DNA from: Synechococcus sp.
GTDB lineage: Bacteria > Cyanobacteriota > Cyanobacteriia > PCC-6307 > Cyanobiaceae
Length of the DNA: 64,000 bases
Assembly (NCBI GenBank): GCA_047284725.1
Contig: JBJBEO010000001.1
Location: forward strand, 352,001 to 416,000
Direction: 5' to 3'
Shown here: in pieces, positions 50,276-60,730 of the stretch
How the letters are laid out: the number at the start of each line of letters is the position of its first letter
How positions within the stretch are numbered: position 1 is the first letter of the stretch
Made by a program: the position numbers and the translations under genes
Notes under the pieces: model-generated
Seen by the model: only the letters and a program-made list of their open reading frames with translations
What the model was told of the DNA's origin: nothing
Database searches by the model: none

Positions 50276-51283
50276 ATGGCAGGCACCGGCTACCGCGATT
50301 ATTTCAAGGTGCTCGGTGTGGATCGTGGCGCTGATGCCGACACCGTGAAGAGGGCTTTCCGCAAGCTGGCACGTCAATACCACCCGGATGTGAACCCCGG
50401 GAATGCGGCGGCGGAAGCCAAGTTCAAAGAGGTCAGCGAGGCCTACGAGGTGCTGTCTGATCCAGACAAGCGCCGTCGCTACGAGCAGTTCGGGCAGTAC
50501 TGGAATCAGGCCGGCGGGGCGGGGCCCGCTGCCGGTGTGGATGTGGATTTCGGCCGCTACGGCAATTTCGACGATTTCATCAATGATCTGCTCGGTCGCT
50601 TCGGTGGCCCTGGTGGCGGATCGGCAGGCTTTGGTGGTGGCTTCCCCGGTGGTTTTGCTGGTGCGTCGGGCTTCCCTGGTGGTGGTTTCCCCGGCGGGGG
50701 AGTCGGCGCCGGGGGGCGTGGTGCCGCCAGCTCGCGTCAGCCCGCCAATCTCGATGCTGAGGCCACGGTCAAGGTGTCGTTTGAGGAGGCGTTCCGAGGC
50801 GGGGAACGCACGCTTTCCGTCAATGACGAGCGGGTGCATGTGCGCATTCCCGCAGGGGTGAAGACCGGCTCACGCCTGCGTCTGAAGGGCAAAGGCAATC
50901 TGCAGCCCGGTACCGGGCGTCGCGGTGATCTGTATCTCAACCTGCAGGTTCATGGACATGCCGTTTGGCGCTTGGAGGGTGATCAGATGCGTGCCGACCT
51001 GCCCGTCTCCCTGGATGAATTAGCGCTCGGTGGCACGGTCACGGTGATGACGCCTGACGGTGAAGCGGATGTGACCATTCCGACCGGTACATCGCCTGGC
51101 TGCAGTCTTCGACTCAAAGGCAAGGGATGGCCCGGTCGCAGCGGCCGCGGTGATCTGCTGCTCACCCTTAGCCTGAAATGGCCTGAGCGATGGAGTGATC
51201 AGGAGCAGGAGCTCTTGCGTCAGCTGCAGCAAGCGCGATCGGTGGATCCACGGCGCAGCTGGCTGCAGTCGGCCCGTCTTTGA
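50276..51283 (+). CDS. DnaJ class B / CbpA-like chaperone
   Basis: J domain with HPD, G/F-rich linker and C-terminal domains; no zinc finger. Confidence 0.93.
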   Translation: MAGTGYRDYFKVLGVDRGADADTVKRAFRKLARQYHPDVNPGNAAAEAKFKEVSEAYEVLSDPDKRRRYEQFGQYWNQAGGAGPAAGVDVDFGRYGNFDDFINDLLGRFGGPGGGSAGFGGGFPGGFAGASGFPGGGFPGGGVGAGGRGAASSRQPANLDAEATVKVSFEEAFRGGERTLSVNDERVHVRIPAGVKTGSRLRLKGKGNLQPGTGRRGDLYLNLQVHGHAVWRLEGDQMRADLPVSLDELALGGTVTVMTPDGEADVTIPTGTSPGCSLRLKGKGWPGRSGRGDLLLTLSLKWPERWSDQEQELLRQLQQARSVDPRRSWLQSARL

Positions 51284-51323
51284 AGCACCTATTACGATCG
51301 CCGGCAAAGTTCAGTGCCACTGG

Positions 51324-52325
51324 ATGGAGCTCACCTACCGCCCGCGTCGTTTGCGCCGTACCCCTGCCCTGAGGGCGATGGTGCGCGAGAACCAGTTGCA
51401 GCCGGCGGATTTCATCTATCCCCTGTTTGTGCACGAAGGGGCGGATGTGGAACCCATCGGTGCCATGCCAGGAGCCTTTCGCTGGTGCCTGGATCAACTC
51501 ACCGCTGAGGTGCAGCGCGCTTGGGATCTCGGCGTCCGGTGTGTCGTTCTCTTCCCCAAGGTGTCGGAGGGGTTGAAGACCGAAGACGGGGCTGAATGCT
51601 TCAACGAGCATGGCTTGATCCCCCGGGCCATTCGCCAGCTCAAGCAGGCGCTTCCCGAGATGGCGATTATGACCGACGTGGCTCTGGATCCCTATTCCTG
51701 CGATGGCCACGACGGCATCGTCAGCCAAGACGGCGTGGTGCTCAATGACGAGACCATCGAGTTGCTGTGTCGTCAGGCGGTGATGCAGGCCGAGGCGGGT
51801 GCTGATCTGATCGGCCCCAGCGACATGATGGACGGCCGGGTGGGCGCCATTCGCGAAGCCCTGGACGATGCAGGTTTTGAGCACGTCGGCATCATCAGCT
51901 ACACAGCCAAATACTCTTCCGCCTACTACGGGCCTTTCCGGGAAGCGCTCGATTCAGCGCCCCGGCCTGCCGGAAGCAAGCCGATTCCCACCAATAAAGA
52001 CACCTATCAGATGGATCCGGCGAACGCCCGTGAAGCCATCACCGAAGCCCAGCTCGATGAGCAGGAGGGGGCCGACATCATGATGGTGAAGCCAGGTCTG
52101 GCGTATCTCGACATCATTCACCGGCTGCGTGAGGAGTCGGAGCTTCCCATCGCCGCTTACAACGTGAGTGGTGAGTATTCGATGGTGAAGGCCGCGGCTG
52201 AACGGGGCTGGATCGATGAGCGTGCCGTGGTGCTGGAGACCCTGCTCAGCTTCAAGCGGGCGGGCGCAGACCTGATCCTCACCTATCACGCCTGTGACGC
52301 AGCCGCGTGGCTGCAGCAGGGTTGA
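51324..52325 (+). CDS. hemB: Porphobilinogen synthase
   Basis: RPRRLR, SDMMDGR, YQMDPAN, MVKPG and AYNVSGEY. Confidence 0.97.
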   Translation: MELTYRPRRLRRTPALRAMVRENQLQPADFIYPLFVHEGADVEPIGAMPGAFRWCLDQLTAEVQRAWDLGVRCVVLFPKVSEGLKTEDGAECFNEHGLIPRAIRQLKQALPEMAIMTDVALDPYSCDGHDGIVSQDGVVLNDETIELLCRQAVMQAEAGADLIGPSDMMDGRVGAIREALDDAGFEHVGIISYTAKYSSAYYGPFREALDSAPRPAGSKPIPTNKDTYQMDPANAREAITEAQLDEQEGADIMMVKPGLAYLDIIHRLREESELPIAAYNVSGEYSMVKAAAERGWIDERAVVLETLLSFKRAGADLILTYHACDAAAWLQQG

Positions 52326-52517
52326 GGCTGTTGCGTGAAGCCCAGGGGGACGGGCGTTGATCGTGCTGGTGGAGATCCTGCTCCGCAGACGATGGCCACT
52401 GCATGCGATGGGAGATGGCCCGCCTGCACGACCCGGTCTCAGGCCCGCGGCCCTGGGGCCACCCCAGTAGGTTCAAACCCTGGCTCCATCGTCTGACCTC
52501 ATTCCCTTCGTCTCGCC

Positions 52518-52919
52518 ATGGTTCCCGTCCACCGTCTTGGTCATGTCGCGATTCGCGTCAAAGACATGGAACGAGCCGTGGGCTTTTACACCGGTTTAGG
52601 GATGCGGATGGTCTGGAAGGCCGACGACTGGGCTTACCTCGAGGCGGGCGACGGCCGCGATGGGCTCGCCCTGCTCGGACCCGGTTACAAAGCCGCAGGC
52701 CCTCATTTCGCCTTCCACTTCACCGATCGCGCCGAGGTTGATCAGGTGCATCAACAGCTGCGGGCGCAAGGGGTCGCCGTCGGTGGTGTGCATGACCATC
52801 GTGACGGCACCGCTTCCTTCTATTTCCGTGATCCCGAGGGCAACTGGTTGGAGATGCTCTACGAGCCCCCTGGTGGCATCCCCTCCAATCAGCCGGAGGC
52901 GGCGGTGTCTCAACCCTGA
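52518..52919 (+). CDS. VOC/glyoxalase family protein
   Basis: LGHVAIRV, HFAF and YFRDPEGNWLE. Confidence 0.9.
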   Translation: MVPVHRLGHVAIRVKDMERAVGFYTGLGMRMVWKADDWAYLEAGDGRDGLALLGPGYKAAGPHFAFHFTDRAEVDQVHQQLRAQGVAVGGVHDHRDGTASFYFRDPEGNWLEMLYEPPGGIPSNQPEAAVSQP

Positions 52920-55333
52920 TGCAGAGCCTCAGTCGCGTTGCTCTGTCCCCGTCCAACCCGGTGCAGCAGGAAACCCTGGAGTTGCTGGAGTGGCCCAGGC
53001 TGTGTGAACACCTGGCAACCTTTGCCAGCACAACCCCAGGCCGCAGGGCAGCGCAGGCCACGGAGTTACCGGGCGATCTGGAAATCAGTCGCCAGTGGTT
53101 GGCACGCTCGCTCGAGCTGGCTGGCCTCGATGGGGTGATCGATGGGGGCCTGAGCTTTCAGGGGGTGCATGACCTTCAGTCCGTGCTGTTGCGTTGCAGC
53201 AAAGGAGGCACGGCTCACGGCGAAGAGCTCCTGCGCGTGGCCGACACGCTTGCAGCCGCCCGGCGCCTGCGTCGCCAGGTGGATGAACCGGATCTACGGC
53301 CCCTCTGTACAGGTTTGTTCGATATCGTGGCCACCCTCCCCGAGCTGGAGCAACGGCTTAAATTCGCCCTAGAGGAGGGTGGCCGCGTGGCGGATCGGGC
53401 CAGTGCGGCCCTGGCCGGACTGCGTCAGCAGTGGCACAGCTTGCGGCAGCAGCGTCGGGACCGCCTCCAGGACGTGCTGCGGCGCTGGGCCGCGCAGTTG
53501 CAGGACACCGTGATCGCTGAACGCCATGGCCGCCCTGTGCTGGCGGTGAAGGCCGGTGCGATCGGGCATTGCAAGGGGATGGTGCATGACAGCTCCGCCT
53601 CAGGCAGCACGGTGTTCGTGGAGCCTCAGGCCGTGATCGATCTGGGCAATCGCCTGGCCGATCAGGAAGGCCGGATCCGGGAAGAGGAGCAGCGGGTTCT
53701 GGCTGCACTCAGTGCCGCTGTGGCGGATCAGCATGCGTCGTTGCTACGGCTCACTGAGGTGCTGCTGATGCTTGATCTCAGTCTGGCCCGTGCTCGTTAC
53801 GGCCAGTGGCTTGGAGGAGTGCCGCCGCAGTTGGAGGCGGATCCCCAGGCTGTGTTTCGCCTCGAACAGCTGCGCCATCCGCTGTTGGTGTGGCAGGAGA
53901 AGCGTGAGCAGGGAACGCCCGTGGTGCCCATCAGCATCACCGTGTCCGATCAGCTCCGGGTGGTGGCGATTACGGGGCCCAATACCGGCGGCAAGACCGT
54001 CACGCTCAAAAGCATTGGCCTCGCCGCTCTGATGGCGAGAGCAGGCTTGTGGTTGCCCTGCACGGGTGCTCCATCGCTCCCCTGGTGTGCCCAGGTTTTG
54101 GCCGACATCGGCGATGAGCAGTCGCTGCAGCAAAGCCTTTCAACCTTCAGCGGCCATGTGAAACGGATCGGGCGCATCCTCGAGGCCCTTCAGGACGGCC
54201 CTGCACCGGCGCTGGTGTTGCTGGATGAGGTGGGGGCTGGCACCGACCCGAGTGAGGGAACCGCCTTGGCGACAGCCTTGCTGCGCACCCTGGCGGATCG
54301 AGCTCGCCTCACCATTGCCACCACGCATTTCGGTGAACTCAAGGCCCTCAAGTACAGCGACACCCGCTTTGAAAATGCATCGGTGGCCTTCGACAGTGAA
54401 ACGCTGTCTCCCACCTATCAGCTGCTCTGGGGCATTCCCGGCCGCAGCAATGCCTTGGCCATCGCCACCCGCCTCGGTCTGGATCCTGACGTGATCGATC
54501 AGGCGACGGGCCTGCTGCGGCCTGAGGCTGCTGGTGATGTCAATGCTGTGATCCGTGGCCTTGAAGAGCAGCGGCAACGACAGCAGGCCGCCGCGGAGGA
54601 TGCTGCGGCGCTTCTGGCCCGCACCGAGTTGTTGCATGAGGAGCTGCTGGGCCGATGGGAGCGGCAGCGGCAGCAGTCGTCGCAGCAGCAGGAACAGGGG
54701 CGCCAGCGTCTGGAGACGTCGATTCGGGACGGCCAGAAGGAGGTGCGCAAGCTGATCCGCCGGCTTCGCGATCAGAAGGCCGATGGTGAAACCGCTAGGC
54801 AGGCCGGGCAGCGCCTCCGGCGTCTAGAAGCTGACCATCGCCCTGCCCCTGAACGTCGTCGTCACCCTGACTGGCGCCCCCAGGTTGGCGACCGCATCCG
54901 TCTTCTCGCCCTCGGTAAGGCGGCGGAGGTGCTGTCGATGTCCGATGACGGCCTGCAGCTCAATGTGCGCTGTGGTGTGATGCGCAGCACCGTGGAGTTG
55001 TCTGCGGTGGAAAGTCTGGATGGACGCAAAGCCACCCCACCTCAGCCGACGGTGAAGGTGAAGGCTCGCGGCGTTGGCGGGCGTGGCGCCCAGGTGCGCA
55101 CTGCTCGCAACACCATCGATGTGCGCGGCATGCGTGTGCACGAAGCTGAAGCGGCGGTCGAAGACCTGCTGCGTGGCGCCAACGGACCGATGTGGGTGAT
55201 TCATGGCATCGGCACTGGAAAGCTGAAACGTGGCCTGCGCCAATGGTTGGAGACAGTGCCCTACGTGGAGCGTGTCATCGATGCCGAACCCGGCGATGGA
55301 GGCCCGGGCTGCAGTGTGATCTGGCCCCGTTAA
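52919..55333 (+). CDS. mutS2: MutS2 with C-terminal Smr domain
   Basis: ITGPNTGGKT, QSLSTFSGH, DEVGAGTDP and IHGIGTG. Confidence 0.96.
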   Translation: MQSLSRVALSPSNPVQQETLELLEWPRLCEHLATFASTTPGRRAAQATELPGDLEISRQWLARSLELAGLDGVIDGGLSFQGVHDLQSVLLRCSKGGTAHGEELLRVADTLAAARRLRRQVDEPDLRPLCTGLFDIVATLPELEQRLKFALEEGGRVADRASAALAGLRQQWHSLRQQRRDRLQDVLRRWAAQLQDTVIAERHGRPVLAVKAGAIGHCKGMVHDSSASGSTVFVEPQAVIDLGNRLADQEGRIREEEQRVLAALSAAVADQHASLLRLTEVLLMLDLSLARARYGQWLGGVPPQLEADPQAVFRLEQLRHPLLVWQEKREQGTPVVPISITVSDQLRVVAITGPNTGGKTVTLKSIGLAALMARAGLWLPCTGAPSLPWCAQVLADIGDEQSLQQSLSTFSGHVKRIGRILEALQDGPAPALVLLDEVGAGTDPSEGTALATALLRTLADRARLTIATTHFGELKALKYSDTRFENASVAFDSETLSPTYQLLWGIPGRSNALAIATRLGLDPDVIDQATGLLRPEAAGDVNAVIRGLEEQRQRQQAAAEDAAALLARTELLHEELLGRWERQRQQSSQQQEQGRQRLETSIRDGQKEVRKLIRRLRDQKADGETARQAGQRLRRLEADHRPAPERRRHPDWRPQVGDRIRLLALGKAAEVLSMSDDGLQLNVRCGVMRSTVELSAVESLDGRKATPPQPTVKVKARGVGGRGAQVRTARNTIDVRGMRVHEAEAAVEDLLRGANGPMWVIHGIGTGKLKRGLRQWLETVPYVERVIDAEPGDGGPGCSVIWPR

Positions 55334-56559
55334 AGCTTGGGGAGCTGGGGTTCAGGTCCCTCCGAGGGGGGCGGTTCGGGTAGAGAGATGGCATCTCCGG
55401 ACGCATCAAACAACCGCCAGCCTTCAGGGTCTGCATCGAGATGAATGGTGCTGCCGGTGTTCAGCATCAGGCTCGGATCGGCTCGCACCTGCAGCAGGTG
55501 ATCGCCATCTAGAAGGCGGCAGGTCACCAGCTGCTCGTTGCCCAGTACTTCACAGTGGCTCACCTCTGCCGGCAGATTGCGGTTGGTGGCTGGTGCCACC
55601 TTCAGGTGTTCAGGCCGGATTCCTGCGGTGAGCTGGTCGCCTTCCAGGCGTGGCAATGCTGCGGCCATCGGGCCTTCCACCGCCAGGCGTCGATCGTCCA
55701 GGAGCAACGTGGCCCCCGCACCCACCTGCACGGGCAGCACATTCATGGGTGGGCTGCCGATGAATTGCGCCACGAACAGATTGGATGGCCAGCGATAGAG
55801 CTCCATCGGTGTGCCCAGTTGCTGCAACCGACCTTGATTGAGAACAGCGATGCGATGGCCCATGGTCATCGCCTCCACCTGGTCGTGGGTGACGTAAAGC
55901 GTGGTGGTGCCCAGCTGACGTTGCAGCGACACGATTCTGGCCCGGGTGCTGGCGCGCAGCTTGGCATCAAGGTTGCTGAGGGGCTCATCCATCAGAAACA
56001 CCGCCGGTTGGCGGGCCATGGCCCGCCCGAGCGCAACCCGCTGCTTCTGCCCGCCTGAGAGTTCCTTCGGTCGACGATTCAGCAGGTGGTCGAGTTCCAG
56101 GGCTGTGGCTACATCGTTGACCCGAGCCTCGATGCGCGTCTCGCGTTCGGAGGGGATGCGAAGAGGCCCTGGCAGGCTTCGGGTCTGACGGTGCAGTTGA
56201 TCCTGGAGCTGTTGCAGCTGCGTGCGTCTCCGGCTCCGTCTCAACCCGAAACTGAGGTTGTCACGCACGCTTAGGTGGGGATAGAGGGCATAGCTCTGAA
56301 ACACCATGGCCACATCCCGCTGGGCTGGCCTCAGGCCTGTGATGGCCCTGCCGCCGATCGAGATGGCTCCAGCCGTCGGTGTGTCGAGGCCCGCCAGTAG
56401 CCGCAGCAGGGTGCTCTTGCCGCAACCTGATGGACCCACCAGCACCAGGAATTCCCCATCCTTGATGTCGAGGTGCAAGTCGCGGATCACCGGCACGGGA
56501 CCGCTGCCATCGCGTCCTGGATAGCTTTTGCTCAGCCCTTCAAAGCGAACGCCTGCCAC
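55330..56559 (-). CDS. Sugar/osmolyte ABC transporter ATP-binding subunit (MalK/GgtA-like)
   Basis: GPSGCGKS, MVFQSYALYPH, LSGGQ and DEPLSNLDAKLR. GTG start at 56559 is preferred because it avoids overlap with obgE. Confidence 0.92.
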   Translation of the reverse strand: MAGVRFEGLSKSYPGRDGSGPVPVIRDLHLDIKDGEFLVLVGPSGCGKSTLLRLLAGLDTPTAGAISIGGRAITGLRPAQRDVAMVFQSYALYPHLSVRDNLSFGLRRSRRRTQLQQLQDQLHRQTRSLPGPLRIPSERETRIEARVNDVATALELDHLLNRRPKELSGGQKQRVALGRAMARQPAVFLMDEPLSNLDAKLRASTRARIVSLQRQLGTTTLYVTHDQVEAMTMGHRIAVLNQGRLQQLGTPMELYRWPSNLFVAQFIGSPPMNVLPVQVGAGATLLLDDRRLAVEGPMAAALPRLEGDQLTAGIRPEHLKVAPATNRNLPAEVSHCEVLGNEQLVTCRLLDGDHLLQVRADPSLMLNTGSTIHLDADPEGWRLFDASGDAISLPEPPPSEGPEPQLPKL

Positions 56560-56619
56560 TGCTGAGATTCCGGTCGTCGCGATCTTAGGGTTGATGGTTG
56601 GCCGAGTCCGAGGCGGGAC

Positions 56620-57609
56620 GTGCAATTCATTGACCAAGCCCGAGTCGCCGTGCGTGGCGGCCGCGGTGGAGACGGCATCGTCGCGTTCCGTCGAGAAAAA
56701 TATGTTCCAGCCGGTGGGCCCTCCGGCGGTGATGGAGGCCATGGCGGTCATGTGGTGTTGGAGGCCGATGCCAACCTCCAGACTCTGCTGGATTTCAAAT
56801 TCAAGCGCCTCTTCCCAGCCATGGATGGCCGCCGTGGCGGCCCGAACCGATGCACCGGTGCCTCAGGCCAGGATCTTGTGATCAAGGTGCCCTGTGGCAC
56901 GGAAGTGCGCCACCTCACCACGGGGATCCTGCTCGGCGACCTCATCGACCCCGCTGAACAGCTCGTGGTGGCTTACGGGGGACGTGGCGGCCTCGGCAAT
57001 GCGCACTACCTGAGCAACCGCAACCGGGCTCCGGAAAAATGCACAGAAGGGCGTGATGGCGAGGAGTGGCCCCTTCAACTCGAGCTCAAGCTTCTGGCTG
57101 AGGTGGGGATCATTGGCCTGCCTAATGCAGGCAAGAGCACTCTGATCAGCGTGCTTTCAGCCGCCCGGCCGAAGATTGCCGATTACCCCTTCACCACCCT
57201 GGTGCCCAATCTGGGGGTGGTGCGCCGCCCCACTGGCGATGGCACGGTCTTTGCCGATATACCCGGGCTGATCGCCGGTGCCGCCCAGGGCGCTGGTCTG
57301 GGCCATGATTTTCTTCGCCATATTGAACGAACCCGTCTGCTGATCCACATGGTGGATGGTGGTGCTGAAGATCCTGTGTCGGATTTGCACGTGGTGGAGA
57401 AAGAGCTGGAGGCCTATGGCCACGGCCTGGTGGAGCGCCCTCGTTTGCTGGTGCTCAACAAGCTGGAGCTGATGGACGAGGACGAACGGGAGGAGCAGGT
57501 GCGGCGCCTGGAAGAGGCCAGTGGCCGCCCGGTGCTTCTCACCTCTGCCGCGATGTCCCAGGGTCTTGATGCGCTCCTTCAGACGGTCTGGACCGAGCTC
57601 GGCGTTTGA
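56620..57609 (+). CDS. obgE: GTPase ObgE/CgtA
   Basis: Gly-rich Obg fold, [17 protein letters not shown] and NK. Confidence 0.97.
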   Translation: MQFIDQARVAVRGGRGGDGIVAFRREKYVPAGGPSGGDGGHGGHVVLEADANLQTLLDFKFKRLFPAMDGRRGGPNRCTGASGQDLVIKVPCGTEVRHLTTGILLGDLIDPAEQLVVAYGGRGGLGNAHYLSNRNRAPEKCTEGRDGEEWPLQLELKLLAEVGIIGLPNAGKSTLISVLSAARPKIADYPFTTLVPNLGVVRRPTGDGTVFADIPGLIAGAAQGAGLGHDFLRHIERTRLLIHMVDGGAEDPVSDLHVVEKELEAYGHGLVERPRLLVLNKLELMDEDEREEQVRRLEEASGRPVLLTSAAMSQGLDALLQTVWTELGV

Positions 57610-57707
57610 TGCGCTTGTCTCACAACTGATCACAACTGCGTTGTGAAGTGAGTGCAACGACGTCAGAAAGAAGAGGAATGGTCTTCGGCCATCCGCTCGC
57701 ATGATTC

Positions 57708-57890
57708 ATGATGCTGTTCACCTGCTTTGACGCCCGCGGTGACCTGGTTGCCCGCTGTCAGACTGAGGCCCAGGTGGCAGACCTGCGTCAGCGTGGTTTC
57801 AACATTGCTGTGGTGCAGCCCATGGCCGAGGAGGACTTAGTGCTGTGCTCCCTCAGCGTCAGTTCGGACGCCATCGACGAGGAACTCTGA
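57708..57890 (+). CDS. Small hypothetical protein
   Basis: 60-aa ORF convergent with CP12. Confidence 0.55.
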   Translation: MMLFTCFDARGDLVARCQTEAQVADLRQRGFNIAVVQPMAEEDLVLCSLSVSSDAIDEEL

Positions 57891-57973
57891 GCGGCGGGGA
57901 GTTTTCAACGGCAACCGATTCAAAAGCCCGCGATTCGAAATCGCAGGCTTCCGCGTGAATCCGGTGGTTGCAA

Positions 57974-58192
57974 TCAGTCGTCGTAGACGCGGCACTCGTC
58001 GGCGTCGGGATTGGCATCGCAATAGAGCTCAAGAGGCGTGGGATCGTGAGAATCGCCGGGGTGATGCTCTTTGTAGTCCTGCAGTTCTTTCAGCTCCCCC
58101 TCCAGGTGACGAACCTTGCCTGCATTGCCCTCGGCCTTGGCCGATTCGATTTCCGACTGGTCTTTCTTGATGTGCTCGTCGATTGATTGCAT
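57974..58192 (-). CDS. cp12: Calvin-cycle protein CP12
   Basis: LELYCDANPDADECRVYDD C-terminus; GGAGG RBS region. Confidence 0.93.
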   Translation of the reverse strand: MQSIDEHIKKDQSEIESAKAEGNAGKVRHLEGELKELQDYKEHHPGDSHDPTPLELYCDANPDADECRVYDD

Positions 58193-58350
58193 GGAGGACC
58201 GTCCTTTGCTTCCGTCGGAAACGGCAGCAGATTACGGCCTACCGGCGGCCCAGCTCCGGCCCGGAGGTGCCACTCGGTTTTCGTACCAACAGACTTGCCA
58301 ACTCGCCCCATCCGTGGCTAGCAGCGATGTAGGCAGTGGGAGGTCATCCC

Positions 58351-58827
58351 ATGGTTCGGATCAGGCAGCGGCAGGGCCGGCACTTCATGGATGAGGAGGG
58401 CCGGATGTTCTGGATCAATGGCCCTGAGGAGTTCTGTTACCTCTCCGAACAGAGGCAATGGCGACCTGGATTGACGTTCCAGCAGGTCCTGGAATGGAAG
58501 CAATGTGCTCCCTCCGGGCTGGTGAGCCAGCGTTTTGGGTCACTGAGGGCCGCCTGTGAAGCGTTTGAGCACAATCAGGTGATCTGGTCGCATGATCTTT
58601 ATTTGCGGCGGATGGGCGATCAGATGCAGTTGCATCGCTCGGCTCAGGATTACCGCCCCACCGCCATGAAAAAGGCGGAGTCTGCTGGCTCTGGGGTTCA
58701 GCCCCAGCCCTGGGAGGGCATGACGCAAACCGCTCCCGCCTGTGTATGGACGGCAACTCCCCAAGGCGAGGAGTTATCGCATCCCCGCCGCCGCCGTCGC
58801 TCTGCGGTTAAGGCGCCAATTCACTGA
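58351..58827 (+). CDS. Hypothetical protein
   Basis: GGGAGG RBS before ATG 58351; 3' end overlaps the convergent ABC-F gene. Confidence 0.55.
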   Translation: MVRIRQRQGRHFMDEEGRMFWINGPEEFCYLSEQRQWRPGLTFQQVLEWKQCAPSGLVSQRFGSLRAACEAFEHNQVIWSHDLYLRRMGDQMQLHRSAQDYRPTAMKKAESAGSGVQPQPWEGMTQTAPACVWTATPQGEELSHPRRRRRSAVKAPIH

Positions 58828-60730
58828 GTTCCAGCCAACGCTCTTCGGCGTCGGCAAGGGTCTCGAGCACTGTCGCCAACTCCTGGCTGAGGCTGGTGAG
58901 ATCAGCGCTTCCGCCGTTGATCGCCGCCTCCAGTTCCGACTTGCGACCTTCCAGGGCCGGCAGTTGGATGTCGAGCTGCTCCAATTCTTTCGCTTCCTTG
59001 AAGCTGCGCCGGCGTGGTTTGTTGCCGGCGTTGCTGGTGGAGGCTCGTGGGCTGGGAGAGGCGGCTGAGTGTTTGCTGGACTGAGCGCTGCGTTTGAGTT
59101 CTTCCGCCTTCTCGAGTTCCTTTCTGTGGTCGAGGAACTCGCTGTAATTGCCTTCAAAGCGTTCCAGGCGGCCGCTCTCGAAGCAGAACAGTCGGTCGAC
59201 CGTGCGGTCCAGGAAGTAGCGGTCGTGGGAGACCACCACCACACAGCCTCGGAAATCTTCCAGCAGGTCTTCCAGCACGCTCAAGGTCTGAACGTCGAGA
59301 TCATTGGTCGGCTCATCCAGCAGCAGCACGTTCGGTGCCTGAATCAGCAGCCGGCACAGGGTGAGGCGCCGCCGCTCCCCTCCCGAGAGCTTGCTGATCG
59401 GACTGTGCTGCTGGGCCGGTGGAAACAGGAAGCGCTCCAGCAGTTGTGAGGCCGTGAGTTGTTCCCCGTTCAGGTCAATGCGAGACGCGGCTTCTTCGAC
59501 AAAGTCGATCACCTTGCGCTCCAGCCCCCGGCCGCTGGTGAGGGCATCGGTGTGCTGGTCGAGATAGCCAAGGTGCACCGTTTCGCCGAGGCGCAGTTCA
59601 CCCCCCGCAGGCATGCGGCGGCCGGCGATCAGATCCAGCAACGTGGATTTACCGCTGCCATTCGGCCCGATGATGCCGATGCGGTCTTCCGGGCTGAAGC
59701 TGTAGGTGAAATCCTCGAGCAGCACCGCGCCGTTGTCGGTGCCATCTGTGGTGGCGCGCAGGTGCTCTGCTTCGATGGCCACCTTGCCGATGCGGCGGCT
59801 CACATTCGCCATCTCCAGCTGGGCCCTGGCCTTTTTGGGTGGGGCAGCCCGCATGGCCTCAATGCGCTGCAATCGTGCTTTCTGCTTGGTGCTGCGCGCT
59901 TTCGGCCCCTGGCGCAGCCAGGCCAGTTCGCGGCGCAGCACGCTTTTGAATTTGGCGGCTGAGGCTGCATCCGCAGCATCTTGTTCCGCCTTGCGTTGCA
60001 GATAGGTGCTGTAGTTGCCGTCGTAGCTGCGTGCTTCTCCATCGGCCACCTCAACGATCCGGTGGGTGATCCGATCGAGTACGTAGCGGTCGTGGGTGAC
60101 CAGCACGACGGCGCCGGGATAGCGATCCAGCCAGTTCTGCAACCACTCCACGGCGGCGGCATCGAGGTGGTTGGTGGGTTCGTCCAGCAGCAAGACATCG
60201 GGGCACGCGACGAGGGCTGATGCCAGCCCAACCCGTTTGCGGTAGCCGCCCGATAGATCCTCCACCGGTTTCTGCAGATCGCTGATGCCCAGGCGCTGGA
60301 GCACCTCCTGACACTGTTGCTCCAGCCCCCAGGCTTCGGCCTCATCCATGCGTTGGCTGAGGTGTCCCAGTTCGGTGAGCAGGGCTGTGTCGTCGGGGGA
60401 CTGAGCGACGGCCTCGGTGAGTGCGCTGAAGCGAAGCAGCAGCTCGCGTTTTTCGCCACAGCCCGCCAAGACCTGTTCGAGCACGGTCAGTCCTGGCTGC
60501 ACGTGGCTTTCCTGGCCCACCAGTTCCACCCTGAGCCGAGGGGAGCAACGTCTCTCACCACCCCCAACGGGCTCCTGCCCGGCCAACACGTTGAGAAGAG
60601 TCGATTTCCCTGCGCCGTTCGGGCCAATCAACCCCAGGCGGTCGTTGGTGCCGATGTGCAGGGTGAGATCGGCAAACAGGGTGCGAATGCCAAAATCCTT
60701 CTCGACATTCACCAGGCTGATCAGACTCAC
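58808..60730 (-). CDS. ABC-F ATPase (Uup-like)
   Basis: Two NBDs (GPNGAGKS, GPNGSGKS; LDEPTN twice), ARSTKQKAR linker and C-terminal coiled coil. Confidence 0.93.
   Translation of the reverse strand: MSLISLVNVEKDFGIRTLFADLTLHIGTNDRLGLIGPNGAGKSTLLNVLAGQEPVGGGERRCSPRLRVELVGQESHVQPGLTVLEQVLAGCGEKRELLLRFSALTEAVAQSPDDTALLTELGHLSQRMDEAEAWGLEQQCQEVLQRLGISDLQKPVEDLSGGYRKRVGLASALVACPDVLLLDEPTNHLDAAAVEWLQNWLDRYPGAVVLVTHDRYVLDRITHRIVEVADGEARSYDGNYSTYLQRKAEQDAADAASAAKFKSVLRRELAWLRQGPKARSTKQKARLQRIEAMRAAPPKKARAQLEMANVSRRIGKVAIEAEHLRATTDGTDNGAVLLEDFTYSFSPEDRIGIIGPNGSGKSTLLDLIAGRRMPAGGELRLGETVHLGYLDQHTDALTSGRGLERKVIDFVEEAASRIDLNGEQLTASQLLERFLFPPAQQHSPISKLSGGERRRLTLCRLLIQAPNVLLLDEPTNDLDVQTLSVLEDLLEDFRGCVVVVSHDRYFLDRTVDRLFCFESGRLERFEGNYSEFLDHRKELEKAEELKRSAQSSKHSAASPSPRASTSNAGNKPRRRSFKEAKELEQLDIQLPALEGRKSELEAAINGGSADLTSLSQELATVLETLADAEERWLELSELAP

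Noticed and set aside
50605..50725. GGTGGT/TTCCCC repeats in the DnaJ gene
   Set aside because: Ordinary G/F-rich linker of a J-domain protein.
55330..56751. Apparent head-to-head overlap between the ABC ATPase ORF and obgE
   Set aside because: The overlap disappears with the GTG start at 56559, which sits just before the ABC domain.
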